Shown: piece after piece, positions 63,986-64,000 of the stretch
Position numbering within the stretch: the first letter of the stretch is position 1
How the letters are laid out: each line of letters opens with the position of its first letter
Assembly (NCBI GenBank): GCA_000004985.1
Contig: GG738846.1
Length of the DNA: 64,000 nt
Origin: Naegleria gruberi
Taxonomy: Eukaryota
Reading direction: 5' to 3' (one strand)
The notes under the pieces: generated by a model
The model's database searches: none
Told to the model about the DNA's origin: nothing
Seen by the model: the letters and a program-made list of their open reading frames with translations, nothing else
Translations under genes and position numbers: made by a program

Positions 63986-64000
63986 GTAAACAATAAAGTA

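Noticed and set aside
1-64000. Assignment of the window to Dictyostelia (social amoebae) on the basis of poly-N/Q proteins, the Myb SHAQKYF factor, the ACG-like cyclase and AT-richness
   Set aside because: An unambiguous MKS1/B9 ciliary transition-zone gene is present. Dictyostelids lack cilia and these genes, and the short-intron mode also differs.
1-64000. Nematode origin suggested by the 47-nt introns
   Set aside because: Genes are largely intronless with long poly-Q/N tracts, acceptors are not the TTTCAG consensus, and the gene content (Myb SHAQKYF, sensor cyclase) does not fit.
1-64000. CRISPR arrays, rRNA genes, recognisable transposons or long terminal repeats
   Set aside because: None seen. 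The only repeats are coding microsatellites (CAA/TTG, AAT runs), the antistasin tandem repeats, the 17-bp direct repeat in the CATG island and the 33-nt motif shared by two promoter regions.

Overview
This window is nuclear DNA from an AT-rich (about two-thirds A+T), gene-dense eukaryote that uses the standard genetic code. I found about 30 protein-coding genes on both strands (roughly one per 2 kb) and one tRNA gene. No rRNA, CRISPR array or recognisable transposon is present.

Gene structure. Many genes are single long ORFs. Where introns exist they are canonical GT..AG with GTAAGT, GTATGT or GTAGGT donors, and most are 43-47 nt long (others 60-144 nt). Proteins are full of N-, Q-, S- and P-rich low-complexity tracts (poly-N and poly-Q runs, PPxP motifs).

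Likely organism. The composition resembles social amoebae, but a clear MKS1 (B9-domain ciliary transition-zone) orthologue at 30886..33042 argues for a ciliated or flagellated lineage. This is an inference; an AT-rich, intron-poor amoeboflagellate (Naegleria-like) is one possibility, and I cannot prove the taxon.

Confident identifications, from motif-level matches read in the translations:
- tRNA-Arg(TCT)
- class I cyclic-nucleotide phosphodiesterase (HDxxHxG signature, N-myristoylation motif MGGGNSK)
- GRP94/endoplasmin (Hsp90 signature, C-terminal KDEL)
- phenylalanine-4-hydroxylase-type aromatic amino acid hydroxylase, 5 exons
- RNA polymerase subunit RPABC4/Rpb12, 2 exons
- CHY/RING E3 ligase of Pirh2/RCHY1 type, 2 exons
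- MKS1
- Sac phosphoinositide phosphatase with FYVE-like finger
- DENN-domain protein, 3 exons
- fumarylacetoacetate-hydrolase family enzyme
- von Willebrand A domain protein
- Myb (SHAQKYF-type) transcription factor
- tandem-BRCT protein
- COMM-domain protein
- mitochondrial ribosomal protein L53-like
- two paralogous EGF-repeat extracellular proteins
- LRR protein with a polytopic membrane domain

The most unusual items:
1. A secreted protein built from six antistasin-like (leech Xa-inhibitor-type) cysteine knots, four of them near-identical tandem copies at nucleotide level.
2. A two-transmembrane sensor protein whose cytoplasmic class III nucleotidyl-cyclase homology domain appears degenerate at catalytic positions (a pseudo-cyclase), lying 5 kb from the phosphodiesterase gene.
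3. Convergent genes whose stop codons overlap.
4. A roughly 550-bp GC-richer island packed with CATG palindromes in a long divergent intergenic region.
5. A 720-nt stretch with no AG dinucleotide.

Coordinates of splice sites were derived by frame arithmetic from the supplied ORF track. A few exon ends that lack a track anchor are approximate (within about 2 nt).
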